The notes beneath the pieces are model-generated. The model ran no database searches and was not told the DNA's origin. It was given only the letters and a program-made list of their open reading frames with translations. A stretch of 64,000 bases of DNA from positions 372,001 through 436,000 of the forward strand of contig NIVC01000561.1 of the NCBI GenBank assembly GCA_002269645.1, in the 5' to 3' direction. The stretch's first letter is position 1; the number at the start of each line of letters is the position of its first letter. The DNA is from Macrostomum lignano. Taxonomy: Eukaryota. Positions 43,594 through 56,440 of this stretch are shown here, piece after piece. A program made the translations under genes and the position numbers.

Positions 43594-46495
43594 ATGCTGC
43601 AAGTCTTACGCCATACCCAGCACCGTCTGTTATCAACTGGTCGCACAGTTCTGTCCCAGTCCAGACAAACCAATAAATCTGGAGCTGACAGTAAAAGTGC
43701 AGCTGCACTAATAGCAGCTAGTGCGGCAGCGGCCACCTTAGGTGCAGTGGGTTTCACCTGTTGGCGAGGTCATCAGCAATGGAAGTCCAAGCTGGTTCGT
43801 GATAAAAAATTCGAGTCTGTACAGTTCGTTAAAGCTGAGGTTGATCAATCAAAAGCCAAGTCAGATGCAGAGAGCAGCTATTTTTGTTGGTTACCAACCG
43901 ATGTTTATCGAGCTCTTGACGGCGTGGCTTCAATGCCAGTTCGTTCTGGTGACATCTTTGTCGTATCGTTTCCCAAAGCTGGCACCACTTGGCTCCAGGA
44001 GCTCGTGTTTATGTTGGCCACCGACTTTGATTCAAAACTGGCTGAGACTGTCAGCATTGAGGACCGGTTTCCATATTTGGAATATCCTTACCCGGGACTC
44101 GCCACTATTAAGCGTTGGCCTATGAACACTTCTAGGCGATTTATTAAATCTCATCTGCCCTGGGGCTTGCTGCCTAGATCTGTTGTGGACGACAAGTTGA
44201 GCAAGAGTTCAGGTGCTAAAGTGAGTTTAATGGCTTTAAAAAGTTTATGAAACTTTCTTTGATAGAATAATTGGAAATCCTTGAAAAGAAAGATAGACCT
44301 AGGGGGTTACTGGATGTAGGTAGGACTATGACTAGTGTTTGAGATCTGCTGCAGGGTTATGGTAAGGCTATGGTTAGGGAAATAAGATGCAGGGTTGAGA
44401 TAAGGGTTGGTTAAGAAAGGGAGATGCAGGGTTGAGAGGTTGGGTTAAAGAAGGGAGATGCAGGGTTGAGAGGTTAGTTTAGGAAGGGAGATGCAGGGTT
44501 GAGAAGTTGGATTAAAGAAAGGAGATGCAGGGTTGAGAAGTTGGATTAAAGAAAGGAGATGCAGGGTTGAGAAGTTGGATTAAAGAAAGGAGATACTGGG
44601 TTGAGAGGTTGGGTTAGGAAGAGAGATGCAGGGTTGAGAAGTTGGGTTAAAGAAAGGAGATGCAGGGTTGAGAAGTTGGATTAAAGAAAGGAGATGCAGG
44701 GTTGAGAAGTTGGATTAAAGAAAGGAGATGCAGGGTTGAGAAGTTGGATTAAAGAAAGGAGATACTGGGTTGAGAGGTTGGGTTAGGAAGAGAGATGCAG
44801 GGTTGAGAAGTTGGGTTAAAGAAAGGAGATGCAGGGTTGAGAAGTTGGGTTAAAGAAAGGAGATGCAGGGTTGAGAGGTTGGGTTAGGAAGAGAGATGCA
44901 GGGTTGAGAAGTTGGGTTAAAGAAAGGAGATGCAGGGTTGAGAAGTTGGGTTAAAGAAAGGAGATGCAGGGTTGAGAAGTTGGATTAAAGAAAGGAGATG
45001 CAGGGTTGAGAGGTTGGGTTAGGAAGAGAGATGCAGAGTTGAGACGAGAGAAGAGAATCAAAGATAAGGTTGCACACTCAGAGAATACATGACTTAGAGA
45101 GCAGCTTCCCATTAGCAGTCAAGCAGCTCGCAAACAAACCCGATCCGCAGGTAATCTACCTGGCCCGTTGTCCGAAAGACACGTCAATCTCCTATTATCA
45201 TTTCCTTCGCATGCTCAGCCCACTGATTGGCTACACGGGAGATTGGTCAGGGGATTTCGTTGATCGATTCTTGGATAGTAGCGGAGACCGACCGCTGCCC
45301 TATGGTCCTTGGCTTGACCACGTGGAGGCGTTCTGGCGTGTCAGCTGCGACAGGCCTGATCGGGTGATGTTTCTCACGTATGAGGAGTTGATGGCGGATA
45401 CAGCAGGCTGTGTGATCAGGATTGCTCGGTTTCTGGGAGTCACTGAGCCCAGTCAGCGGCGGGTGAATGAAGTGAGTGAGCGGGTAGTTTATGTGAATGA
45501 GTGATTATTGGGCTTCTTAGTTTCTTAAAATTGTCACAACCTGCGAGAGGCCTGCGTGAAGGTGAGGAATGACTAAGTGGAGGTGAGAAATCACTGAGTG
45601 AAGGTGAGGAATGACTGAGTGAAGGTGAGGAATGACTGAGTGGAGGTGAGGAATCACTGAGTGAAGGTGAGGAATGACTGAGTGAAGGTGAGGAATGACT
45701 GAGTGGAGGTGAGGAATCACTGAGTGGAGGTGAGGAATCACTGAGTGAAGGTGAGGAATGACTGAGTGGAGGTGAGGAATGACTGAGTGGAGGTGAGGAA
45801 TGACTGAGTGGAGGTGAGGAATGACTGAGTGGAGGTGAGGAATGACTGAATTGAGGTGAGGAATGACTGAGTTGAGGTGAGGAATCACTGAGTAAAGGTG
45901 AGGAATGACTGAGTGAAGGTGAGGAATGACTGAGTGAAGGTGAGGAATGACTGAGTGGAGGTGAGGAATCACTGAGTGAAGGTGAGGAATGACTGAGTGG
46001 AGGTGAGGAATGACTGAGTGGAGGTGAGGAATGACTGAGTGGAGGTGAGGAATGACTGAGTGGAGGTGAGGAATCACTGAGTGGAGGTGAGGAATGACTG
46101 AGTGAAGGTGAGGAATGACTGAGTGGAGGTGAGGAATGACTGAGTGGAGGTGAGGAATGACTGAGTGGAGGTGAGGAATGACTGAGTGAAGGTGAGCAGT
46201 GACTCAGAGACTACCCACCCCACACCCTGCGCAGATCGTGGACTTCTGCAACTTTCATCGGATGCGCCTGAGGCCAACAACCAGCTACTCCTGGTACCGG
46301 CGCTACGGCGCTCACGATCCCAGAATGGGATTTTATCGGGCTGGCCGGGCTGGCGGCTGGCGGAGTCTGATGTCGGCTGATGAGGCGGCCCGGTTCGATG
46401 CGGAGCTGCTGGAGCCGCTGCGAGCTGGCTGCGGCCTGCGGCTGGGGGAGACGGGAGAAAAGAGTCCGGCTGCGGCTGATGAGGGACCTTCTTGA
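43594..46495 (+). CDS. PAPS-dependent sulfotransferase (cytosolic SULT fold) with N-terminal extension, 402 aa, 3 exons
   Basis: Exons 43594-44220, 45151-45471 and 46235-46495 (phase 0, 0). 5'-PSB loop DIFVVSFPKAGTTW, catalytic His (FIKSHLP), 3'-PB motif IYLARCPKDTSISYYHF, YGPWLDHV, and the C-terminal RAGRAGGWR (RKGxxGxWK-like). Confidence 0.92.
44370..45045. repeat. SULT intron 1 minisatellite, 34-bp (aggagatgcagggttgagaagttggattaaagaa)
   Basis: Directly visible. Confidence 0.9.
45560..46195. repeat. SULT intron 2 minisatellite, 21-bp (gagtggaggtgaggaatgact)
   Basis: Directly visible; source of the IPHLHSV ORF. Confidence 0.92.
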
Positions 46496-46559
46496 CCAGT
46501 TCCCCACCTGCACCTTCTCTCCTTTATTTTTCTCCAGTCTCCCCAAATCTCTCAATCTT

Positions 46560-46975
46560 CCCATATCACTTAGTCTCCCTAATCTCCCCATCTCCCTAAT
46601 CTCCCCATCTCCCTAATCTCCCCATCTCCCTAATCTCCCCATCTCCCTAATCTCCCCATTTCCCTAATCTCCTCATCTCCCTAAACTCCCCATCTCCCTA
46701 ATCTCCCCATCTCCCCATCTCCCTAATCTCCCCATCTCCCTAATCTCCCCATTTTCCTAATCTCCTCATCTCCCTAAACTCCCCATCTCCCTAAACTCCC
46801 CATCTCCTTAATCTCCCCATCTCCCTAAACTCGTCATCTTCCTAATCTCCCCATTTTCCTAATCTCCCCATTTTCCTAAACTCCCCATCTCCCTTACTCC
46901 CCATCTCCCTAAACTCCCCATCTCCCTAATCTCCCCATCTCACTAATCTCCCCATCTCTCTAGACCCTAATCCCT
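46560..46975. repeat. 17-bp repeat (atctccctaatctcccc) downstream of the SULT stop
   Basis: Directly visible. Confidence 0.88.
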
Positions 46976-47046
46976 AATTTCCCTAATTTATAAAAGTAGT
47001 CGGTGTAATTTCCAATTTTTGTATCCGGTGATTGAAAATTGCAACA

Positions 47047-47052
47047 AATAAA
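47047..47052 (+). terminator. Candidate polyadenylation signal (AATAAA) of the sulfotransferase
   Basis: Canonical hexamer ~550 bp after the stop, followed by a T-rich tract. Confidence 0.5.
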
Positions 47053-47214
47053 AGATAACCGTGCTCTGATTTTTAGAAATCCATAACATTTTTATGTTTT
47101 TTTATTTCCCAGCAGTAAATTTCATTGCATGCTACTCATCAGTAGCCAGTAGTGCCTAGACAGCACACTCCAGGCCTCATCCCACGCCGACCCCCTTCAG
47201 CATTCCGCGGTGGC

Positions 47215-50200
47215 ATGAAATTACCTTGGCGGCCTTCGGAGGCTGCATGTCAACTGCCCATCGGCGGCATCAGGAGCCCGTCAACCACTCGATATTCGGT
47301 CGTGTTCCTGGCTATATTGGCCGTCTACAATGTGGCCGCTTGGCTGTTGTTCGGCTCGCAATATCCTTGGCGGGCTCTGTCTGCCAGGGCTAATGTGCTG
47401 TTCGTGTCTGAGCTGGGTGAACTGCTGGCCATCTGGCTGCTGTGGCGCTGGGTGCATCCGGGACGCGACATTTGGGAGCGAATCGTTGGCATCTTGATGA
47501 CGCCTGTGTATCTGGGGACTGTGCTGGCCCTGCCTGCGGGTCTGCTGCTGTCGGGCGGAGCTCAGGTTGGGCTGGCTTTGAGTCATGATTCACGCCATTC
47601 GGTCACCTGATTCACGCCATTCAGTCATATGATTCACCTTATTTAGTAACCTGATTCACGCATTTCAGTCACCTGATTCACATCATTCAGTCACCTGATT
47701 CAAATCATTCAGTCACCTGATTCAAATCATTCAGTCACCTGATTCAAATCATTCAGTCACCGGATTCACATCATTCAGTCACCTGATTCACATCATTCAG
47801 TCACCTGATTCAAATCATTCAGTCACCTGATTCAAATCATTCAGTCACCGGATTCACATCATTCAGTCACCTGATTCAAATCATTCAGTCACCTGATTCA
47901 CATCATTCAGTCACCTGATTCACATCATTCAGTCACCTGATTCACATCATTCAGTCACCTGATTCACATCATTCAGTCACCTGATTCAAATCATTCAGTC
48001 ACCGGATTCACATCATTCAGTCACCTGATTCACATCATTCAGTCACCTGATTCAAATCATTCAGTCACCGGATTCACATCATTCAGTCACCTGATTCACA
48101 TCATTCAGTCACCTGATTCAAATCATTCAGTCACCGGATTCACATCATTCAGTCACCTGATTCACATCATTCAGTCACCTGATTCACATCATTCACTCAT
48201 CTGAGTCACATTTACTCATCTGATTCACATCATTCATTAGTGAGGCGCACTTTTTCCCAGTGACGTCACCCATTCACGCCGCCCCCAACCGCAGGTGAAT
48301 CCGCTAGTGCTGGCCTGCTACATCTGCGGCGGCCAGTGCCTGCAGTTTACATTTTACGCTCTGCTCGCGCACTGCTTGTCAATGTGCTATCGATTCTTGA
48401 TCGGCACGCGGCTCGGTCCGATGCTCAATAAAGGATTTTTTTGCGCAGCTCTGCCATTGGCTGTTTCGGTTGCCATGACAACTGCTGGACTGTCCGGCGT
48501 GAGCAGCTCCGCCCTGTCTGCGGGTCGCGGCATTCCAGTTCGTCGGATCGACATCGAGCTGCCTCGGCTGCCTTCATCGATGCGCGGCCTTCAAGTGGCT
48601 CTGGTGTCCGACCTGCACATCGGCCCGACTGTGGGTGTACCTGATGTGGCCGGGCTGGTCACCCAGTTGAACGGTTTGAAGCCGGATGTGGTGGCTCTGG
48701 TTGGCGATCTGGCTGACACGCCTGGCACTCAGTTTCTCAGCGCTGCGGCTCCGCTAGCCAATGTTCAGGCTAAGCTGGCCAAGGTGTACGTGACTGGCAA
48801 TCACGAATACCTGACTATGCGGCCCCAGGCTTGGATTCGGGCTGTTGCTGCTGCCGGCTTCCAGCCTCTGGCCAATCAGGCTAGGTGAGGCTGCAGGACT
48901 GGATGAGTCTGGGTGACTTAGATGAGGCTTGATGACTTGGATGAGGCTGGATGACTTAGATGAGGCTGGGTGACTTAGATGAGGCTGGGTGACTTAGATG
49001 AGGCTGGGTGACTTAGATGAGGCTGGGTGACTTAGATGAGGCTGGGTGACTTGATGAGGCTGGGTGACTTAGATGAGGCTGGGTGACTTAGATGAGGCTG
49101 GGTGACTTGATGAGGCTGGGTGACTTAGATGAGGCTGGGTGACTTAGATGAGGCTGGGTGACTTAAATGAGGCTGGGTGACTCAGATGAGGCTTGATGAC
49201 TTAGATGAGGCTTGGTGACTTGGATGAGGCTTGGTGACTTGGATGAGGCTGGGTGACTTAGATGAGGCTGGGTGACTTAGATGAGGCTGGGTGACTTAGA
49301 TGAGGCAGGGTGACTTAAATGAGGCTGGGTGACTTGATGAGGCTGGGTGACTTAGATGAGGCTGGGTGACTTGGATGAGGCTTGGTGACTTAGATGAGGC
49401 TGGGTGACTTGGATGAGGCTTGGTGACTTAGATGAGGCTGGGTGACTTGATGAGGCTGGGTGACTTAGATGAGGCTGGGTGACTTAGATGAGGCTGGGTG
49501 ACTTAGATGAGGCTGGGTGACTTGATGAGGCTTGGTGACTAAATTGAGGCTGGGTGACTTAGATGAGGCGACTCAGATGAGGCTGGGTGACTTAGATGAG
49601 GTTGGGTGACTTGATGAGGTTGGGTGACTGGATGAGGCTGGGTGACTAGATGAGGCTGGGTAAGGCAGGGCTGCGTCAGACACTGGGTGAGTATTTATTG
49701 AATATTTGATAAGGTGCCTGGAGACTGAGTAGGTTACCTGATGAGGCTAGTAAGAGGCTGGGTTAAAGACTAGTTGAGGCTGAATGAAAGACTTGATATG
49801 GCTGACTGGAAACCATGGCAACCGCTCTTCCCCATCGCAGACGCATAGGCGGCCTCTGTCTGGCGGGCGTCAATGACCAGTTCGCGGACGTGGCCACGGA
49901 CTCGGCGGAGCTGCACTACAACCTGAGTGCCGCCCTGTCTGCTTGCAGACCCTCTGACGCGGTGGTGCTGCTGGCACACCAGCCCAGCGTTGCTAAGGAC
50001 GCCATCTCGTCCGGTGCCAACGTGGATTTGATTCTGTGCGGCCACACCCACGCTGGGCAGTTCTTCCCGCTGACCATTCTAGCTAAGCTGGTGTTCCCCT
50101 TCAACTACGGGTATTACAGGGTGGGCCGCTATCAGATCTTTGTCACCTCCGGTGCCATGTACTACGGGCCACCTTTGAGAACTCTTACTCAGCAGGAGAT

Positions 50201-50222
50201 TGCGCTGGTTAGGCTGGTCTGA
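47215..50222 (+). CDS. TMPPE: Transmembrane protein with calcineurin-like metallophosphoesterase domain (TMPPE-like), 3 exons
   Basis: Exons 47215-47565, 48295-48884 and 49841-50222 (phase 0, 2). Several N-terminal hydrophobic helices, then all five metal-binding motifs: SDLH, GDLAD, GNHE, LLAHQP, GHTH; C-terminal IFVTSG..YGPPLR..EI. Confidence 0.88.
47590..48235. repeat. TMPPE intron 1 minisatellite, 22-bp (attcagtcacctgattcacatc)
   Basis: Directly visible. Confidence 0.92.
48895..49665. repeat. TMPPE intron 2 minisatellite, 19-bp (gatgaggctgggtgactta)
   Basis: Directly visible. Confidence 0.92.
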
Positions 50223-50259
50223 CCTGCCTGAGGAGTGATGCAGCTTGGGAGAGTGATTA

Positions 50260-51130
50260 CTTAGTTCCAGAGAGTGACAATTGAGAGTGCCCGAATTCGA
50301 GTAGAGAGTGACAATTGAGAGTGCCCGAATTCGAGTAGGGAGTGACAATTGAGAGTATCCGAATTTGAGTAGAGAGTGACAATTGAGAGTGCCCGAATTC
50401 GAGTAGAGAGTGACAATTGAGAGTGCCCGAATTCGAGTAGAGAGTGACAATTGAGAGTGCCCGAATTCGAGTAGAGAGTGACAATTGAGAGTGCCCGAAT
50501 TCGAGTAGAGAGTGACAATTGAGAGTGCCCGAATTCGGGTCGGGAGTGACAGTTGAGAGTGCCCGAATTCAAGTAGGGAGTGACAATTGATAGTGCCCGA
50601 ATTCGGGTCGGGAGTGACAATTGAGAGTGCCCGAATTCGGGTCGGGAGTGACAATTGAGAGTGCCCGAATTCGAGTAGGGAGTGACAATTGAGAGTGCCC
50701 GAATTCGAGTAGGGAGTGACAATTGAGAGTGCCCGAATTCGGGTCGGGAGTGACAATTGAGAGTGCCCGAATTCGAGTAGGGCGTGACAGTTGAGAGTGC
50801 CCGAATTCGAGTAGGGAGTGACAATTGAGAGTGCCCGAATTCGGGTCGGGAGTGACAATTGAGAGTGCCCAAATTCGGGTCGGGAGTGACAATTGAGAGT
50901 GCCCGAATTCGAGTAGGGAGTGACAATTGAGAGTGCCCGACTTCGAGTAGGGAGTGACAATTGAGAGTGCCCGAATTCGGGTAGGGAGTGACAATTGAGA
51001 GTGCCCGAATTCGGGTCGGGAGTGACAATTGAGAGTGCCCGACTTCGAGTAGGGAGTGACAATTGAGAGTGCCCGAATTCAAGTAGGGAGTGACAATTGA
51101 GAGTGCCCGAATTCGAGTAGGGAGTGACAA
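50260..51130. repeat. 34-bp minisatellite (gagtgacaattgagagtgcccgaattcgagtag[a/g]) after the TMPPE stop
   Basis: Contiguous units with period 34 and no unique spacers. Confidence 0.93.
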
Positions 51131-51984
51131 TGGCCCCAGTGCACTAAAATTAAATGTGTTTTTGTTTTTCTATTATAAATCTCAATATTTTCATTGTTTT
51201 TTCTTATATTTACTTGTTACAGTTTTGTTATACAAATCTACATATTAAAACTAATTATATCAACTTTATTAATAATTATATTAGGCCCAGTTTCTTAATT
51301 TGGCGTCTTTATCAACATCGAGCACTGCGTGTACTTTTCATATTATAATTTACTTACACTTAATTAATTAATCTGCCACTACCGCCTCAATATTCAAAAG
51401 TACATCGTGTAACTATTCAGCTGAGATGTGTTGACGGTAGTGGCAGATTTTTCTCATATAGAAATTAATTCTTTCAATTTAGTATTTTTTCGTTTTGTAA
51501 ACGCTTCTGAATCATTTCCAATCCCCGATGCTGCTGCAAATTCTGCCCAATCAGGAAATAAATGCGCATCCATCGCTACTTTCAGTAAGCTGTTTAATGC
51601 GTTTTTTAGTTTTTACTGGTAAATCTGTTTTATTGTGTTTTTAAATTTGGTTTGTTATTTTTTAATTGTGAGAAGTTGCTCAAATAAAGAGCCACAATAC
51701 CCTGGAAAATTGTATCGAAGCCGATATGTATCGAAATCAATTTTAATAAGGAACAATTTTCATTGCAGGCTCGTTGGAGAGTTCGGGGGAGTTAGGAAAA
51801 ATCATGCGAATTCGCTTGCGTAGACGGCAAAGTGTATTTAATAATTCTTTATAAACTTGATCATTTTCAATGTTGCATTGCAATTTTGAATAGATTTACT
51901 TGTACTTGCAATATTGTGTCCATAAGTGGTTACTGTAGGTACGTTAAGTGAAATAAATAACATAATTTAACATTGTGGATATTT

Positions 51985-52455
51985 CCAGCAATCACCTTTC
52001 TGATATTTCTAGGAATCGCCTTTCTGATATTTCCAGGAATCGCCTTTCTGATATTTCCAGCAATCACCTTTCTGATATTTCTAGGAATTGCCTTTCCGAT
52101 ATTTCCAGGAATCGCTCATCTGATATTTCCAGGAATCGCCTTTCTAATATTTCCAGGAATCGCTCATCTGATATTTCCAGGAATCGCTCATCTGATATTT
52201 CCAGGAATCGCCTTTCTGATATTTCCAGGAATCGCTCATCTGATATTTTCAGGAATCGCCTTTCTGATATTTCCAGGAATTTCCTTTCTGATATTTCCAG
52301 GAATCGCCTTTCTGATATTTCCAGGAATTTCCTTTCTGATATTTCCAGGAATTTCCTTTCTGATATTTCCAGGAATTTCCTTTCTGATATTTCCAGGAAT
52401 CGCCTTTCTGATATTTCCAGGAATCGCCTTTCTGATTTTTCCAGGAATCGCTTTC
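51985..52455. repeat. 24-bp minisatellite (ctttctgatatttccaggaatcgc)
   Basis: Directly visible. Confidence 0.92.
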
Positions 52456-53032
52456 GAATCGAATCGGTAGTTCGAGCCTATATAACTCGTACTGTGCATT
52501 AAAATTAAAATTTATCATTTCAGGCATCACTGATTGGTAGTGAGCGGTGTACCGATTATTAAAGGAAATCAACATGCAAGCAATCAAACAAAATTAAAAT
52601 CGTTGCAAAAGAGCCTAGTTCCTAGTTAGACATCACCCAATCTAGCCCTGCAAAGATAAACATTGCTTTTACTACTGACAATCCTTCATCAAGCCAGCGG
52701 CTGACCAAACAAAAATGGGGATTCAAATGGGACATTTAATTTTGTTGTCTCGTGTAAATTATTAAATTATACACGCTGTCGAATATAGAGACTGAGATGG
52801 GTCCCCGCAGTGCAAGACACAACTAGAGTCATGGTAACAGGATTCTTAGGAATGGTGGCGCCAGCACCAGAGGCGCCAGCACATTTGATATTCATTCTAT
52901 AAAAACCTCATTTTCAAAAGCTTAAAATTCAAAGGTGATTAATAATTTTAAGGGCGCCGCTGCAGATGGAGAATTGTCAGTGGAAGGCAATTTTGCTTAT
53001 CCAAAACCTCAGCCTAAAAGTACGTAGATTCG

Positions 53033-54464
53033 CTACTGCAGAAACTGCTCCTGCGGCTCCTGCGGCTGCTGCTGCTGCCTGCGCCTTGGCGGCGGCCCTT
53101 CTCTCTGCTTGGCCGTGAAGGCGTCCTGACTCGTAGATGTTGCCCATCCGCCGCTCGCATCCGCTCCGGCCGCGTGACCGCCTAGCGAAGCTGTGCCGGT
53201 CAGCTCGCCGCGGTGCCGCACCGGTGCCTGCCGGGGCTGCTGCGGCACCGAGCTGCTGGCCGAGGCGAAGTCTTCGTTGGTCACCGAGCGGCCGGCGAAA
53301 GGGCCCGACGGCATCTGGGTGGAGATTGGGGGGCGACTGGTTCACCAGCTGATGTTGTATGGGCTCTGTGGCCTTCAATCCCTCCCACTCTGCCTGACCT
53401 CTGATACTTTCCTCACACCCTCTCTCCATCACCATCACACCCTCTCTCCCTCACACCCTCTCCCCTTCACACCCTCTCCCCTAACACCCTCTCTCCCGCA
53501 TACCCTCTCCCCATCACCATCACACCCTCTCTCCCTCACACCCTCTCCCCATCACCATCACACCCTCTCTCCCTCACACCCTCTCCCCATCACCATCACA
53601 CCCTCTCTCCCTCACACCCTCTCCCCTTCACACCCTCTCCCCTAACACCCTCTCTCCCGCATACCCTCTCTCCCCTTCACACCCTCTTCCTTTAACACCC
53701 TCTCTCCCTCACATCCTCTCTTCCCTTTACATCCTCTCCCCTAACACCCTCTCCCCCTCACACTCTCACACCCTCACACCCTCTCCCCTAACACTCTCTC
53801 CCCCTCACACTCTCACACCCTCACACCCTCTCCCCTAACACCCTCTCCCCCTCACACCCTCTCTCCCTCATACCCTCTCCTGCTCACACCCTCTCCAACT
53901 CACACCCTCACACCCTCTCCCCCTCACAACCTCTCCATCTCACACCCTCTCCCCCTCTGATCCTTTCCTCTCCTTTCCTTTCCTCCCTCTCTCCCCTTCA
54001 CACCCTCTTCCTTTAACACCCTCTCCCCTAACACCCTCTCTCCCTCACACTCTCACACCCTCACACCCTCTCCCCTAACACCCTCTCTCCCTCATACCCT
54101 CTCCTGCTCACACCCTCTCCATCTCACACCCTCACACCCTCTCCCCCTCTCTCCACCGCTCCCCATCCATCATACTGCCTTCCCGATTCCTCAAAATGCC
54201 TCTGCCCCAGCCTGAGCCGCACACCTGGATCTCCCCAGCAGGTCGAATCGGCTGCCTCCTCGTCGCCGCCTCGCCGCCACCGCCGCCAGCCTTGGCGAAG
54301 AACTTTCCAGTCGCCTCTTCGCCGCCCAGGCTGATCAGCTGATCGACTGGCCTCACGGCTCGAACTCGCTCGGCCGGGCTGTGCGTAGAGGCGCCAAAGT
54401 CGCCCTGGTAGGCAGAGCGAGCCGGAGGCTGCTGCTGAGCATCCTGCTGCTGGCTGTGGTGCAT
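53033..54464 (-). CDS. Low-complexity Ala/Gly/Gln-rich orphan protein, last two exons (upstream exons probable)
   Basis: GC-rich blocks 54464(54480)-54225 and 53314-53033 join in phase 0 (atccag|gtgtgc ... cacccag|atg) across a repeat-filled intron. An acceptor at ~54480 implies further 5' exons, with candidates near 54710-54775 and 55625-55710. Confidence 0.5.
53410..54160. repeat. Irregular C-rich repeat (acaccctctccc..) in the intron of the orphan gene
   Basis: Directly visible. Confidence 0.85.
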
Positions 54465-54809
54465 CTCTGTCTCTGTCTGATGGGTCAAACACAGGCAATT
54501 ATTGCCTCTGAGAATTATTTATACAATTTGCAGCGGTTGGGGCTTCTATAGCTACCTGTACTGGCTGGTTGCTATAACAACTGATTGGGGGCAAGGGGAA
54601 TGGGGACGAGATTTATTGTGGAGCGGATGGAGGTAAGGAGAGAGCTGACGGCCGCCTTGCCATCTATTGTACGAGGCATATTGTATATTGTGTCTAAATT
54701 TAGCAACCTGCCATCCCGCACAGTTGGAGACTCGCTTGAGTTCTTTTGCCTCCACATCTACATTCTCATCGCCTACAGCTCTGGTTGTACAGACCTATGG
54801 TCTTTCTCT

Positions 54810-55625
54810 CCTTGTTCTTCACACCCTGTCCTTCTCTCCCTGTCCTTCTCTCCTTGTTCTTCACACCCTGTCCTTCTCTCCCTGTCCTTCATACCCTGTC
54901 CTTCTCTCCCTGTCCTTCACACCCTGTCCTTCTCTCCCTGTCCTTCTCTCCCTGTCCTTCTCTCCCTGTCCTTCTCTCCCTGTCCTTCTCTCCCTGTCCT
55001 TTTCTCCCTGTCCTTCTCTCCCTGTCCTTCTCTCCCTGTCCTTCTCTCCCTGTCCTTCTCTCCCTGTCCTTCTCTCCCTGTCCTTCTCTCCCTGTCCTTT
55101 TCTCCCTGTCCTTTTCTCCCTGTCCTTCTCTCCCTGTCCTTCTCTCCCTGTCCTTCTCTCCCTGTCCTTCTCTCCCTGTCCTTCTCTCCCTGTCCTTCTC
55201 TCCCTGTCCTTCTCTCCCTGTCCTTCTCTCCCTGTCCTTCTCTCCCTGTCCTTCCATCTGTGTCCTTCTCTCCCTGTCCTTCCATCTGTGTCCTTCTCTC
55301 CCTGTCCTTCTCTCCCTGTCCTTCTCTCCCTGTCCTTCTCTCCCTGTCCTTCTCTCCCTGTCCTTCTCTCCCTGTCCTTCTCTCCCTGTCCTTCTCTCCC
55401 TGTCTTTCTCTCCCTGTCCTTCTCTCCCTGTCCTTCTCTCCCTGTCCTTTTCTCCCTGTCCTTCTCTCCCTGTCCTTCTCTCCCTGTCCTTCTCTCCCTG
55501 TCCCTCTCTCCCTGTCCTTCTCTCCCTGTCCTTCTCTCCCTGTCCTTTTCTCCCTGTCCTTCTCTCCCTGTCCTTCTCTCCCTGTCCTTCTCTCCCTGTC
55601 CTTCACTCCCTGTCCTCTCCCTGTC
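54810..55625. repeat. 14-bp minisatellite (ccctgtccttctct)
   Basis: Directly visible. Confidence 0.93.
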
Positions 55626-56129
55626 CACGACAAGCCGGAGTTCTGCAGGACTTTTCCTGCAGAGCCGGCAACGCTGAGCACAGAATATCCAACCAGAACA
55701 GTTCCTGATGGTAGGTCCGCTTGCTGGCATTTATTAGGGAATCAGTGCGAGCACAGGATATTTCACATATCCGTCCGGTTCTCCAGCTGGTACTCAATGT
55801 ACAGTATAATGATGCATAATACGCGCTCAGTTCAAATTTCTGTGAGACTTAGCTTGTATACATTAATGCCTTTTATAGACATTAAAAAATCGCTAAATAT
55901 CCTTTTCCGCTACTTATTAGTAGGCTATCACTTGTACAAAGATAGATATTCATCTGAGTACATAGATTCTGCAATTTTAATTGGTGCTTTGATTCATAAC
56001 CACTCAAACCCCATAAAGTTACTTTAGGAACCTGGTGACGACGAGTGTCATTATGTTTTGGTTAAGGGTTTGTTAAGACTGGGAACATAATCTGGGGAAT
56101 ACAAAATCTGGAGGATGCGAAGCTGTAAA

Positions 56130-56281
56130 CACAGACAGACGGGCAGACAGACAGACAGACGGACAGACACTAAGACAGACAGACAGACACTAAGACAGAC
56201 AGACAGACAGAAGACAGACATACAGACAGACAGAAAGACAGAAAGACAGACAGACAGACAGTCAGACAGACAGACAGATAA

Positions 56282-56330
<49 letters not shown>

Positions 56331-56371
56331 AAGACAGACAGACAGATAAACAGACAGACAGACAGACACTA

Positions 56372-56440
<69 letters not shown>

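Noticed and set aside
50260-51130. CRISPR-like appearance of the 34-bp partly palindromic array (also 29085-29932 and 42810-43585)
   Set aside because: Units are contiguous with no unique spacers, there are no cas genes, and the context is eukaryotic.
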